NCBI GenBank assembly: GCA_003344405.1
Contig: NOWV01000285.1
Span: 1 to 64,000, forward strand
DNA length: 64,000 bases
DNA from: Trichoplax sp. H2
Taxonomy: Eukaryota
Direction: 5' to 3'
Shown: positions 51,351 through 64,000 of the stretch, one piece after another
Layout: the number at the start of each line of letters is the position of its first letter
How positions within the stretch are numbered: position 1 is the first letter of the stretch
Made by a program: the position numbers and the translations under genes
Notes under the pieces: model-generated
What the model saw: the letters and a program-made list of their open reading frames with translations, nothing else
Databases searched by the model: none
What the model was told of the DNA's origin: nothing

Positions 51351-51899
51351 TGTCACAGCGTAAATTATTCACTGTAACTAATTTTTTTATGAAACATTCA
51401 GTGCTATAGTAAGATATTGAATTTATTATGATAGGTGTTTAGATGCAGTTTATTGCAACGTTGTATATCTGGAAAAGTGCATGAAGTGTGCTTAATTCTT
51501 GTGTTATTGTTTACGATAAAATTATTATGCATGTAGGTTCTCTTATAAACTTTGCTATAGTTTCTGAATTTGTATCAGAATAATATTATGATTATCGAAG
51601 CCTCATTTTCAATCTTCATGCTGTTGTCAGACTCCGATTGACCTTGGCCAACCACACATAGCTGTATCGCGTTATGTACGATATTCGTGTTAGTGCAAGA
51701 AAATGTATATAAAGCTTGTATGCATTAATAATAAAATTACATGTAGATCATGAGTTGATAAGGAATTCTACTAGATCGGCCCTAGTGAAGAACTGGCTAG
51801 TTGAGTTGTTTCTTATCGATACTGTTCCAAGTGTGGTTCAGAGAGTACGACAATTTTGGATCTAGTGGTCCTTTTTGTTACAAAGAGCTTATTGCAACA
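51351..51899 (+). mobile_element. Solo LTR candidate (549 bp), 5 bp from the previous LTR
   Basis: TGTCACA...TGCAACA termini, near-perfect TSD CTACC/CTGCC, TATATAAA at ~51706 and AATAAA at ~51730. Confidence 0.5.
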
Positions 51900-52457
51900 C
51901 TGCCCTATTGTAGGGTCTCATTATTTAATAGAACATGTAAAAAACGCTTCGTAAATGCTACTAGGGAATTCTAACTCGGCTTTGAAGGTCAGTATTCAGT
52001 ATAGTATGGCTGTATAATATACTGTGGTGTGATGTAGTACAATGTAATGTGCAGCAAATGGCACTGTATTCGCATTAATGTACGCTAGCTGGATAGCATA
52101 TTAACAAGATTTTCTGTTATTATTATGTAATATATAGAAAGAGATTGTACCTGAGTTAATCCTATAGTTTTTAAACAGTTATAGAGTTAAAATTTCGACA
52201 CGAAAGTAGCCTTAATTTGATCAATATAACTCAAATTGGGATTCTTTTGATTTAAATCATTTCCACAGTAAGAAACTAAATAAATCTATGCCATATATAA
52301 CTCCATTTAATAACAAAATACTGATAAAGTGCAATAAAATGATATTTGAATATTGTATGACTTGCTGCGAATGTGTATTTGCTGAATTTTGAACTAAATT
52401 TACTGAATATAATTTAGCTAATTTAAATACAATTCTGTAGTAAATGGATCAGTTGTT

Positions 52458-54154
52458 CAGAATAAATGCTGTTCTATGGTATAAGTAGAAATATATCCAC
52501 ATTCGTTCTATAACTTTTGAAATATTTATAGTTACTATCCTCTAATACGAGTAGATACAACTTAATTGTTATCATCCAATTGTTTTATTGACTTATTTAA
52601 AAATTGAATAAACTTGTACTAGATCTTGTGCAATAAATTTTGACTTGATTTAAGAATTAGTACTGGTACAGAAAAGTGAAGCTCTTTGAAATAATAATGT
52701 GCTGTACAGATACTATTTACAGGATTTTGAGTTAAATTCATGTAATAAAGCTTATTCAACTTGAACACATTTCTTCAATAAATACGTCGATTGTGTGTGT
52801 AATAGACAGTATGTTGCACGTAGAGAGCAAATAATAACGAATTACATGGATCTGAAATTTTCACTCTCTCAATTGAACTTAAATACTGAATTTTAATTCA
52901 ATCTGATATAAGTAGATTGACTGCATATGAACTTATGCAATACGGTATCTCTAAAAAAAATATTCACTATCAATAACAACTTATTTATCATTTATGCTAG
53001 TCATATCATACGTAGCATGTTTACATCTGGACTAAATTAGAACAATGTAATCCCGATTTTACCATATAACGGAAAATATCCTTAAAAGCATATTAATAGA
53101 TAGAGAATTATATTTGCTTATTCGGATTATTCACTCAATAGCTGCGTCAGTTTGAGAGATAATTATAATCTGCAATTGACATAATCCTCTTAAACTGAAA
53201 GATGGATATAACAAAGCGACTTATTGCAAAAATAAATACGCTTAGACATATAAATTATAGGTGCCAAACTGCAAGAGAAATAACAGCAGCTATCATTAAA
53301 AGCAAATATATTAGTTGTAGTAAACAACGTACATAAGTGATAAAGTTAGAACTATCTTAATGAAATTTATGTAATTATACGTTAATCCAACTGTGAATGA
53401 CATGCGCTATTGTAAATGCTTGAAGTTTACAGTATCAATTCTTTTCATTTGATATGAGAAATAACAGATTAAGTATCAGTCAATGATCAAGTAAGACTTA
53501 GTAATTGCTTATATTTAATTGCATTGACAGCATAAACAGCTTTTAGTCTTTATTTAAATTACTTTATANNNNNNNNNNNNNNNNNNNNTCAGAATAAATG
53601 CTGTTCTATGGTATAAGTAGAACTATATCCACATTCGTTCTATAACTTTTGAAATATTTATAGTTACTATCCTCTAATACGAGTAGATACAACTTAATTG
53701 TTATCATCCAATTGTTGTATTGACTTATTTAAAAATTGAATAAACTTGTACTAGATCTTGTACAATAAATTTTGACTTGATTTAAGAATTAGTACTGGTA
53801 CAGAAAAGTGAAGCTCTTTGAAATAATAATGTGCTGTACAGATACTATTTACAACTGCAAGAGAAATAACAGCAGCTATCATTAAAAGCAAATATATTAG
53901 TTGCAGTAAACAACGTACATAAGTGATTAAGTTAGAACTATCTTAATGAAATTTATGTAATTATACGTCAATCCAACTGTGAATGGCATGCGCTATTGTA
54001 AATGCTTGAAGTTTACAGTATCAATTCTTTTCATTTGATATGAGAAATAACAGATTAAGTATCAGTCAATGATCAAGTAAGACTTAGTAATTGCTTATAT
54101 TTAATTGCATTGACAGCATAAACAGCTTTTAGTCTTTATTTAAATTACTTTATA
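52458..54154. repeat. Assembly gap (20 N, 53569-53588) with duplicated flanks, likely two haplotypes
   Basis: 52458-52721 ~ 53589-53853 and 53268-53568 ~ 53854-54154, with few SNPs. The second copy lacks 52722-53267. Confidence 0.9.
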
Positions 54155-56877
54155 TAGACATAAAAAGATCGAAACTTTTAAGTTCAGCAAATACGTTTCA
54201 TAAAATATTCAATAGCGCCATATTACGTCATTACTCAGATATGAGAATGTCTAAATTTACTATTCAATTAAATTAAGGTATTAAACATTCAGCATCCTAA
54301 GGAGATTTTGAGTAATTTGATTAGGATATACGCGTAAAAGCTATGCATGCTCAAGTTATCAGCTTGATACACTTATTGTGTACACATATTAATTGAAAAT
54401 CGCCTTATTTATCAATATCACACTTCGGATCATTGCTTGATGTATATTAGTTTTATATCAAACTATGATTGATTGATTACTTAAAAAATTATCTTGACAT
54501 ATTCTTATTTATTTATTGAATGACTTATTTAACTGCATTCGAACAACGGTTATAATCTTAGATCTATAGCCAAAAAAAGAATACACAAACATTAATATAC
54601 AATATTGCATCATCAATAAGAAGAATAGGGCGCAATTTCTATTTTAACGATGAGTCATGGAAAAAACTTTTAGTATTTATTTTCACGTATTGAAGGTTTA
54701 TCTGTAACGCCCACTGTAATTAATTACTAGGATACCCACTTAAATTAATTCTAATAAACTGTACCGATATTATATCAAAAGATTGGCCTATTCTAAAGAT
54801 TGAATATGGGTATAATCTATTTATGACGCTTCAATCCTTTCCAGGGTATCCTGAATTCACAAATTTTATACGATTATTAGATTACAGTTGAAATACTTGA
54901 CTATATTTTGAACTTAAAAATTAAATATCCTCCGTTTATGATATTTGATCCTTTCTTTAGATTATAATATTATCTTGTAAAAGCCTGGCCTTTATGTTTT
55001 AGATTAGCAGTAAAAGTTCTTTCGCTTATTCCAACTTCCAAGGATAAAACTTTATACGATAATTGTATATATGACGCTTATACTATTTTTAGAATCTCAG
55101 AAGAGCAAGTCCCACATACTCATTAGATTAAATTTTAAAATATTCACCCATTCCTAGGAATTGGATTTAATTATCTCCAATTGTGATATTTAAGTCGTTC
55201 CTAGATCACCCTGAGGGCAAATTCTATACAACTTTATTGCATTAAAAATAAAAACAAAAATGCTCTAGTTCTAGGAACTGAATTTAATGATCTAAATTAG
55301 GTTCAAATTATCTCTAAAATGTTTTAAACAGTAAGCTTTGATACGTATACTTATTATATAAAGGTAAAATATTTACATATTACAAAATAATTGAATTTAA
55401 GAATTGTATGTCATATTGAGGTATCACTAAAGAACTTTAGACCAATGTATTTTATGTGCTTATTCGATTAAGAGTATTAAGGATTTTAAAATATTATTGA
55501 AAATTATCAGATTCATTGCCTTACTTCATTCTTTTGTTTATTAAAACGAAATTCGGTGTGTACAACAAGTGTAATTAGCTTCTATACCAGTTTTAAAGCC
55601 CGTCAAATCCTCGACTGTGCTTTTCGATATAATCTAAGACAGTACGGTAAAATCTTAACATAAGGGAAAAATGGAATCCATCATTCAAAATCAAGCCAGA
55701 TCGTAATAAGCTATCAAATAAGTCGGAGCTTATATTAATAGGCTATAACAAAGAGTAAGGCAACATCAAGGGCCTAATACTAGAATATCACTGCGATGGG
55801 TAGTTTATTGCTATCCAGCAATATTTAGAGCTTTCGCAATATCTAGAAATTTGTCATCGTATATACGATAAATTATAATTATTTACAAATGCACAAGCCT
55901 TGTTATTGAAGCAAAAGCTGATGTTTCATCAGACTAAACCAATAAAAGCTATAATATTGTAAACTAGTAGTAGCGCAATTAGTTATTAGCAAGGATTTTG
56001 TTGGATTTCAGTCCGGAAGAACTATACAACTTAAGGAAGACCAGTTTTGAGTAAAGATCTTAAAGCCTACAACTGCGGCCACCAATGTGGTTCTCTTTCA
56101 AACTTTTACTGTTTTATTATCGTCATTTGCAAGATGCTACAATGTATATACAAATCTACCCAGATAAATAAAAGTAACGATCATTAACTTGAAATCTTGG
56201 TAGATCAACACTATCAAATATTACATAATTAAATTATTGGGACTATAATAATTATCTATTAGCTTGGTAATGATAATACTTGGCGACTAAAATAGCTACC
56301 TTTTTATATATTAGTCTAGCCAAGTTTACTTTAAGTTTACAGATACTATCATCATTATTAAATCGGTTTCGGCGTAAATTGTTGTACATTGAAAGACTTG
56401 TTAAATATATTGTTATGAAAATAGCATTTGGTTGTACAAAGAATTTATAACCTTAGGTTAGCGAACATAATTGAACTACCAGTGTAGACTATAGTAACGT
56501 TGTTCATTCGAAGCGCTATATATAATTATTAAAATTTCAATATGTCTTAATAGTAGATCGCCGAACGAGACATTATACATATAGGCATTAATCCATTGAC
56601 CAATATCATCTAATGTATTCTTCGTGACTAGAGAGCAGTGAGTCAGATTAAATGCCCAATAAACTATTAGACTTCATAATTTCATAAATATACTAATGAT
56701 ATGCTATTATATCATTAAGTCCATAATGAATGTATCGGCGAATTGTCACTAGTAAAGCGATACATAATCGAACACTTAATTTATTGTAGTCCTACATCCA
56801 TAGATATTTACGAATGTGACAAATCTGATCTCATCATGTGGGTTTGTAATGCTTAGTTGCTTGCAGAAATTGTCTTC

Positions 56878-59800
56878 CTATCCAGTGTTTGTATCGTCGT
56901 CGTCAAAAATACCATAACTAGCTAATAATTCAACACGCTTAAATAAATTAGCTGTGGCTTCAGGTATTCCATGGGCCTCTGCTATACCAGTGGAAGGTGG
57001 CTATGAAAATTTAATTTTAGTTTGGATTTAAAGCAGGTTCAAAACTAAAAGCTAGGTTATAAAAACAACAGTTACCTTAACTTCCAGTAAAATGATAGAA
57101 GAGTATATATATATATATATATATCTATAGTACCTGTACTGACACTACAAATATACTCGTACAGGATACTCATAGCGTTACAAATTTAGTACGACCATCG
57201 TTTACGAAAAATTAAGTACATCCACATTACTATAGAATAACTACGAACATTGTTTTATATAGATTAAAGCATTGCAATTATATTTTACTGCATAAATAAA
57301 TTATGCAAAGATAAAAAATACTTTCCTTGATCATATTGAACTGCTATCTTTCACAGGTACTAATACGATGTATGTTTCATCTACACTTGATGTCATTATG
57401 TCTATATCCCTTTAGAATATACCTCGCTAAGCTTCCTTGATCTTTTCTTAATATCATTCTTATTGCTACTATTTCGTTGCGCATTTGTGCTATATGGCAG
57501 GAGAGAAAAACGAACTGATAGTTCCGATAAGGGCATTACATTATGTGATTCTTGACCAGCTGCATGACTAGTCCTATCTGTGGTGATGATTGGTGGTTGA
57601 CCACTTATACAGGTTAAACAACCTAACAGAGCCTGTCATGAGAAACAATTTAACGATGATGCCACAAATCCAAAATCACAGAGTAAGATTAGAGTCAATT
57701 ACATCAATAAAGGTATGTATTACCATGCATCTTTGAGTATAACGGTTTAAATTTGACTTGATATACGGCGTAAAAACATCTAGGTCAAAAGGATCAATGT
57801 AACCTTCAATTCTTTCAACTAAGTCTTGGGCTCGTTTATATGATTCTTTCGACGTCTATTGGCCAGCAAAAGAAAACGAATGTTACGTTTGAAATTATCA
57901 TCATAATCTGCATCACTAAGTAGAGAAGCTTACCGTTATATCATCAGTTTGACAGTTTAGAATGTTATTTATGAATTGAATATCGTAAAGGAATTGAATT
58001 GCACAAGTCTGCGTAATTTTCGTTTCAGGCGTGGCAGTTTGAAAAGATTCGACACCTTCTTCTAATACACTGCTAACATTAAGGTCACGCTCTGATTCAA
58101 TCTTTTCATTGGTTAAGTGATCTTCGTAAATCCCATAGATTCCTGAAGACAGTCGATGTACAAGATTTTGCAAAATTGACCTACGTTAACCCATTAATAG
58201 GATGATATACGCTATCAGTGTACAGATTTTTACGAAATACTTTATTTTTTAAGACCAGAGTTAATCTAGTAATCAATTATTTACTTTAATGAAGCAACAT
58301 AATTTAAGTACTACTCAATATCTGACTCTATGTAATATTAGAACATATTTCATTAACCTATCCATCGCATGTCCTCCTGCCCGATTTAGTTCTTCACAAA
58401 GTCCAAACATCAGCAGCATAATGTAGGACGAAACCTAAACCATAGAGGTAGACAATTGCTTATTATAGGTACAATTTCAAATCTAATAATTCTTTTAAAG
58501 GTGAAGGAATTACTCTACTGTAATTAAAAATTAGCTCTGAGTTATTTTTGTTACTTTTCATCATTCTATAGTAATTAACTCTACTAACAAATGTAAGTAA
58601 TCAATAAATTAACTCCATATTGTTATTACAGTATAGTATTATATTACTTGAGCTGGAACTTTAATTGTTGATTCCACAGTACTGCCACTTTCAGACTCTT
58701 CTTCTATTGTAATCTTCTCCCATTTCTAACAGATTGAGAATTAGATAATGGGTTAAAATTTTGGAACTGATAACGGAAAGTTTAAGAAAAGAATTGAGCA
58801 AACCGAAGCTGCAGCCAATGTGAGACTATCATCACTTGCAAATAAGTTATGACGGAAAGCTTTTAGCAATAAATCGGTAATCCATTCAATCCAAATGCTG
58901 TATAATAAATAGTGATAATACATTTCATAAAATAATTGTAGTAATCATTCATTTCATAAATCATAGTTGTAAAGAAAATTTAGTGCTACACAATGAGATT
59001 TGGATCAAACTATGTAATGTATTTACTTGTGTGCTCGATGATAAGTTTTAGTCAACAGTTGATGATACCGCTGCTCATTTTCAACTTCCAAGGATATAGA
59101 TTTTGATCTTTTAGAGGCAGTAGACGACCATTTATTTAAGCTAATATAATTAAAAATTAAAAAAAAACATCATATAGGTTAACAGCCGAGACCTCTACGC
59201 TAAAAATTACAACAAACCTTTTAGTTTTAACTGCAGTGTTTTCTTGATCCTTATCAATTGTCATTAATTTTTTAGCTTTAGGGCACTGCTCCAATATCGC
59301 ACGAGCAATTCGACCTAACCATAAAACACTGCATACAATAGAAAGATCATGAAGTAATCTTAAATACGATAATGTCAGAGTAAAAGGTGCTTATTGCTTT
59401 TCAGAGCAGAAAAAAGAATAACAAATAACTAGATAGATTATTGTCTCCCAAACAATTGTTTGCAATAAGTACAATCTTGAGTATTTTCTAGTTTACTAGA
59501 GCGGACATCATTAAGTATACTTCTAGACAGAATAATGTCAATAACAAACACTTGCTGTAATACCTGTCAACTAGCAAAGCTCGTTTCACATTTGATACCG
59601 TCTCATCATTCATAGAAGATTGCAATTCATCCAGTTTAGTATTAATTTCATCAGCAATGCTATAAAAAAGGTTATCACTTTAGTTACCAGTTGTTACTTT
59701 AATAATATTTTTGCTCATGTTCAATTTACTTCTTAATACATTCTTCGCATGTAGTCTTCATAAACTGCTTCATTTCATCTGATCCGGCATATTTATCGAA

Positions 59801-62800
59801 GGCACCAACTTTGCTATCCTTCAGGGGCAAAGCTGCTGAATGTGTAATGCCGTATGCTAAAGATTCAGATGTGGTTCTAAGTGGAGTAGGCCGTATAGAT
59901 ACTGCGTCTTGCACATAGTATTTACAGTCTTCTAGTATTTTTCTCAGTTTCGAATCGAATTTTCTACAGAGCCTATGATGAATTAGAAATACCCAATAGA
60001 TCTCATACCAATAATTTGTTGTAACATGTGGATATACATATATATTACATGCATATTTACACGTAAAATACCTGTGCACGCTTGGTGTGAAAGCTCTCGA
60101 CTTTAAAGTTAAGCCACCTGTTTCTTCTCTTACACTTTCAGTTTCGAAAGAACTAGCCCATGCATTGGCCGAAGGCATATCATATGAACTTTCTTGCCAG
60201 ATGTACGTTGACATGTCGTGATCACATACCATGCTCTGATCACCATCTAGATCTAATAAGCCTTCCGTAATCATTTCCTCTGCAACGTTGAATGCATTAT
60301 CAAACATACTTTGAGTAATGGTCTATAAAGCAACGAAGATTTACGGAGTTAAAAATCACGCAATTTACAGTAAGTAATACAGGAAGATGAAGATTGTTAC
60401 TACTTTTGCACGTTCAAAAAATAATCCCTTTAAAAATTCGTCCCATATCGATAACTTTCGCCCTAAAACTTCTATGCATATGGAATCCCAGTCTGGATAG
60501 TTATCGTTTCCTTGTAATTCCTTTATATTAATAATAAAAAATCACAAGCTTATATAGTGATATCAGCGAGAATGCCATTATATGTAATAATTAATTTCAC
60601 GAACATCGGTTAGTAGATTCCAAATTGCGTCTCTAATTGCCATTAAACTTTTGATGCTGCTAACATAAGCCAACAGTCTTGAGACTCCATCAACCACAGC
60701 TCGTGTAATCCTGAGTTAAAGAAACGCTCTTTTAATTATTTATTTAAATATTTTATCATAATTTGAACTAACATTGTAACCCATTCTTGGCAACTTTCTC
60801 GAATGTCTTCAACACTTATTAAGGACATAGACGAAAATATCCGTGGTCTTAACTCTAAAAGAAAATTAATACAGTTGGTATGAATGTACGAATAAATAAT
60901 TTTTGAAACGTATATAAGCATTTCTAACGACATTCATCCTTACTTAAGACGGATTGAGGTAAATGCCTTGATATCGTCATCCTATACACTTCATGATCGA
61001 TGAGCACATTTAATACTAAAGCAGGATAAAATTTAATCAATAATGCCATAATCAGTATAATATTAATATCATACGATTTAAAATTAAAAATGACTATGAA
61101 GGAGCAGTAAGATAGAGTAATAATGCCAGAATACTAAATATAAACCTTCAGATGTATTGCATTCATCCTTTGAAGTAATGTCCTTTAATATTGTATACAG
61201 CAAACCAGCTGTTTTTCGACGTAATAATAAGAAGTAATACGAATTATGAAACAATCGATTTTAATGTGCAATGGAAGCAGAGTAAGAATAGGGTCGCACA
61301 ATTTAATATAGCAACTAATCTTAGATAAATGATTTACGCATTTTTAGATAACATACTAGACGCATCTTCGGTTTCCGCTACGTAGAAGATTTTATAGATT
61401 TGGCAAATAGTTAATCGTATAACTGAGACAACATCACGGATTTGCAGTTTGATACTATCAGCTGTAAGGAAGGGGAAAAGCAACGTCAGTTGTAGAATAA
61501 TTAAAATAACAGTATTCACGATTAGCCTACTTACTGTGTTCATCTGAATATAGTAAAGTCTCTAGTAACGTCTACAAATGAATCAGATTGCAAAATAGTG
61601 TTAGTATTTTAGAGCTATAATATCAACTCATTACCAATCCGATCAATATGAACTTACATTTCTGACGATAAGAAAATCTTTAAAAGCCTGTCTAGGAAAT
61701 TTACACTGATCATCTAATAATAATATAGCGCATAAGCATTCTCCAATATCCTGTTCACAATTATATATATACATTGAGATAACATTAATTAATCATTTAT
61801 ATATGACATTTACATCACGTATGATTAATTAGATATTCAAGTATTATAGATAAAAGAACAACCTGTTCAGGTAGATCCACAATTTTTAATCGTTCACGGA
61901 TGTCCTATCAACAAAAAACAAATTTTATTTGATAATAAGAATTATTTTCATTGCCTAGAGATCGTCTTAAACATTAAAAGAAATAGAGCAAAATACCACA
62001 TTGAAATTAACTACAAACAAGTAGCACTCTTTGTTGTTACTCTACCTGCAAAATAGACACAACGTAGTGGCTGATAGTCGACCACTGACGCGGTAAGATA
62101 GGAAAAGAAGCCTATTGAGATCATAGGTCATATACAAAAAGATTAGCTTGCTACGTAACTTGGATCCTCTATTATATGTAAGGAATTCGTCTTTCGAATC
62201 AACCATGTTAATCGATTCTGCATTACTGTACGGGCTTACCAATAAATTTTTAACAGGCGATGAAGTCATACTCTTTTGTAAATTATCAACAATCTGGCGC
62301 GCTAACAGATATAGTAAAGCTGCATCTAAAAATTTCTTTTTGTCCGAGGTACTCCATATCTACATAGTATGAATGATGTAGATCTTATTATAAAAATGGA
62401 TGCATATTTGTGAACATATAAGGAAAAGAGTACGCTGTCCTATAATCGTGATATCAATTATTACGCAATGGGTTTCTATTACCTTTTCTGGTATATCGAC
62501 TAGCAACTTCATCTGTGTTGCGATACTGTAAAAGGTAGATGAATCCTTGCCAATTCTAACATTTCTGTAATTGCAAAAATAGTAAGATGAAAGCATAAGT
62601 GAGTCATAATGGAATAATGCATCTATTAGTGATCAACTTGTAACTTTGGATAAAAAGTGTAACGATTTCTCATTCAATGGTTCTCCAAATATAGTAAAAT
62701 ATGCTTACTCATAGGTATTTTTTCTATCTATCAATATTCACGCTAATTAAGGTTTCTTCTTACCCATTTACGCCTACAGTGTCTCCAGAATTATTGGTAG

Positions 62801-63947
62801 CATTGTAATTAGCTTGTAGAGTGTCAATTTCATAACAGTAATGCTTCATATCATCCAACTTTTTAACAACCTAAAGACATCAAGCAGTCAGTGATGAATC
62901 ATTAGTTGACATATAACATGTTGTGCAATATAAATTACCGTCTAACTTGAGAACAATTGATCGAAGAGGCTAATTATAAATATTTGAGCAATTGTGCTAT
63001 TTATTACGTGCTGTCTTATCTCACCTCAGAAGAAGAGACCTGCATTGCGGCGATAGTATCAGCAGCATCAATTAAATCGCGGTACCTTTCTCTGAAACAG
63101 TTATGTACGTACAATGACATTTATAATCTCTTTTCCATAGGAGTATAATAATATGTGCTGTATAGCAAGTATACGTAGTATAAGACATACCATTAAATAG
63201 AGCCATTTACAATCCTATATTTATAGAATAGTCACAACTACTACTACCTTGCTCTCTAATTTACTCGCCTAGTAGTATCAATAGCATCAACTACCTGTAC
63301 AGCAGTTACAAATCATCTTCCATGAGTGGCATACGATATATCATTAAAGAGAGTCATTTATAATAACACATTTATAGAACAGTCACAACTACCACTACCT
63401 TGCTCTCTAACCTATCGATCTAGCAATATCAATAGCATCAACTACATGCATATGTACAGAATCCTCTTCCATGAGTGGCATATGACATACCATTAAAGAC
63501 AGTCATTTACAATCATACATTTATAGAATAGTCATAACTACCACTACCTCACTCTCTAACCTGCTGATCTAGCAGTATTAATAATATCAACTATATGTAT
63601 AGCAATCAGACATTAACTTTTATGAGTGGCTTGCTTACCCGACCATTTGCCTGAGCTCTTCTTTCTTCCTTTCAATATCACCACTATTCATTCAAACAGA
63701 AGGATTAAATTAGGTGTATTTCATACCGTTAATGGACACACTATACAGTGGTGTGGTATAATGTCAATCTAACATCATTAAAATGTAACCAACTAGAACT
63801 AAGCAGGTAGTACAATCATACCAATTTGCAGATCAATTTCATAACATACCGAATGCTCTTTTCTCGATTACGAATTTGATCAATACTGTTATCTCGAAAT
63901 AATCGGTCAGTATCGGCTTCTGAGGACCAATCCACTATAATATCCAT
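56878..63947 (-). CDS. COG1: Conserved oligomeric Golgi complex subunit 1 (Vps51/Vps67-type N-terminus), multi-exon
   Basis: Exons 63947-63850, 63683-63639, 63091-63025 and 62870-62764 give RLFRDNSIDQIR..IERKKEELRQMVGERYRDLIDAADTI. Later exons give FYSIATQMKLLVDIPEKIW, IDPFDLDVFTPYI and HNVMPLS..VRFSLLP (57632-57423). The last exon is 57000-56878. Not all internal exon borders were checked, and the true start could be on an exon beyond the window. Confidence 0.92.
63184..63630. repeat. Tandem repeat, 3 x ~150 bp, in a COG1 intron
   Basis: Units start at ~63184, ~63335 and ~63484 (GACATACCATTAAA...TTTATAGAATAGTCACAACTA...ATGAGTGGC). Confidence 0.9.
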
Positions 63948-64000
63948 TAAATTAATTCATTTAATCTGTAATATTTCAACGTAGAAATGCTCTCAAAATT

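Noticed and set aside
59726..60307. 193-aa ORF as an independent gene
   Set aside because: It is two COG1 exons read through an in-frame intron (~59974-60071).

Overview
AT-rich eukaryotic DNA from an animal. Short GT-AG introns, two clearly metazoan genes and the low GC suggest a compact non-bilaterian genome such as a placozoan, but that assignment is inference only. (1) 1-14.6 kb holds a tandem cluster of intronless genes that look like prokaryotic immune effectors. Two intact minus-strand genes each encode an ABC-family (AAA_21/OLD-like) ATPase fused to a TOPRIM/DUF4435-like nuclease, the architecture of single-chain PARIS (AriA-AriB) and OLD nucleases. The larger gene (7096-11550) also carries four tandem N-terminal Ulp1/SENP (C48, CE-clan) protease-like domains with mixed intact and broken catalytic triads. 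Several decayed copies lie around them in both orientations. (2) 15-34 kb and 39-56 kb are gene-poor and contain several solo LTRs (TG...CA, 5-bp target-site duplications). They flank a two-coding-exon MEX3 gene (KH-KH-RING; 34315-38187, minus) that sits in a cloud of TACAG/CTGTA pentamers and palindromes. (3) An assembly gap at 53569-53588 has duplicated flanks that look like two haplotypes. (4) A multi-exon COG1 gene occupies 56878-63947 (minus), with a 3 x ~150-bp tandem repeat in an intron. The most interesting item is the expanded, apparently domesticated PARIS/OLD-like ATPase-nuclease family with a Ubl-protease repeat fusion in an animal genome. All family calls come from motif reading by eye; no database search was run.
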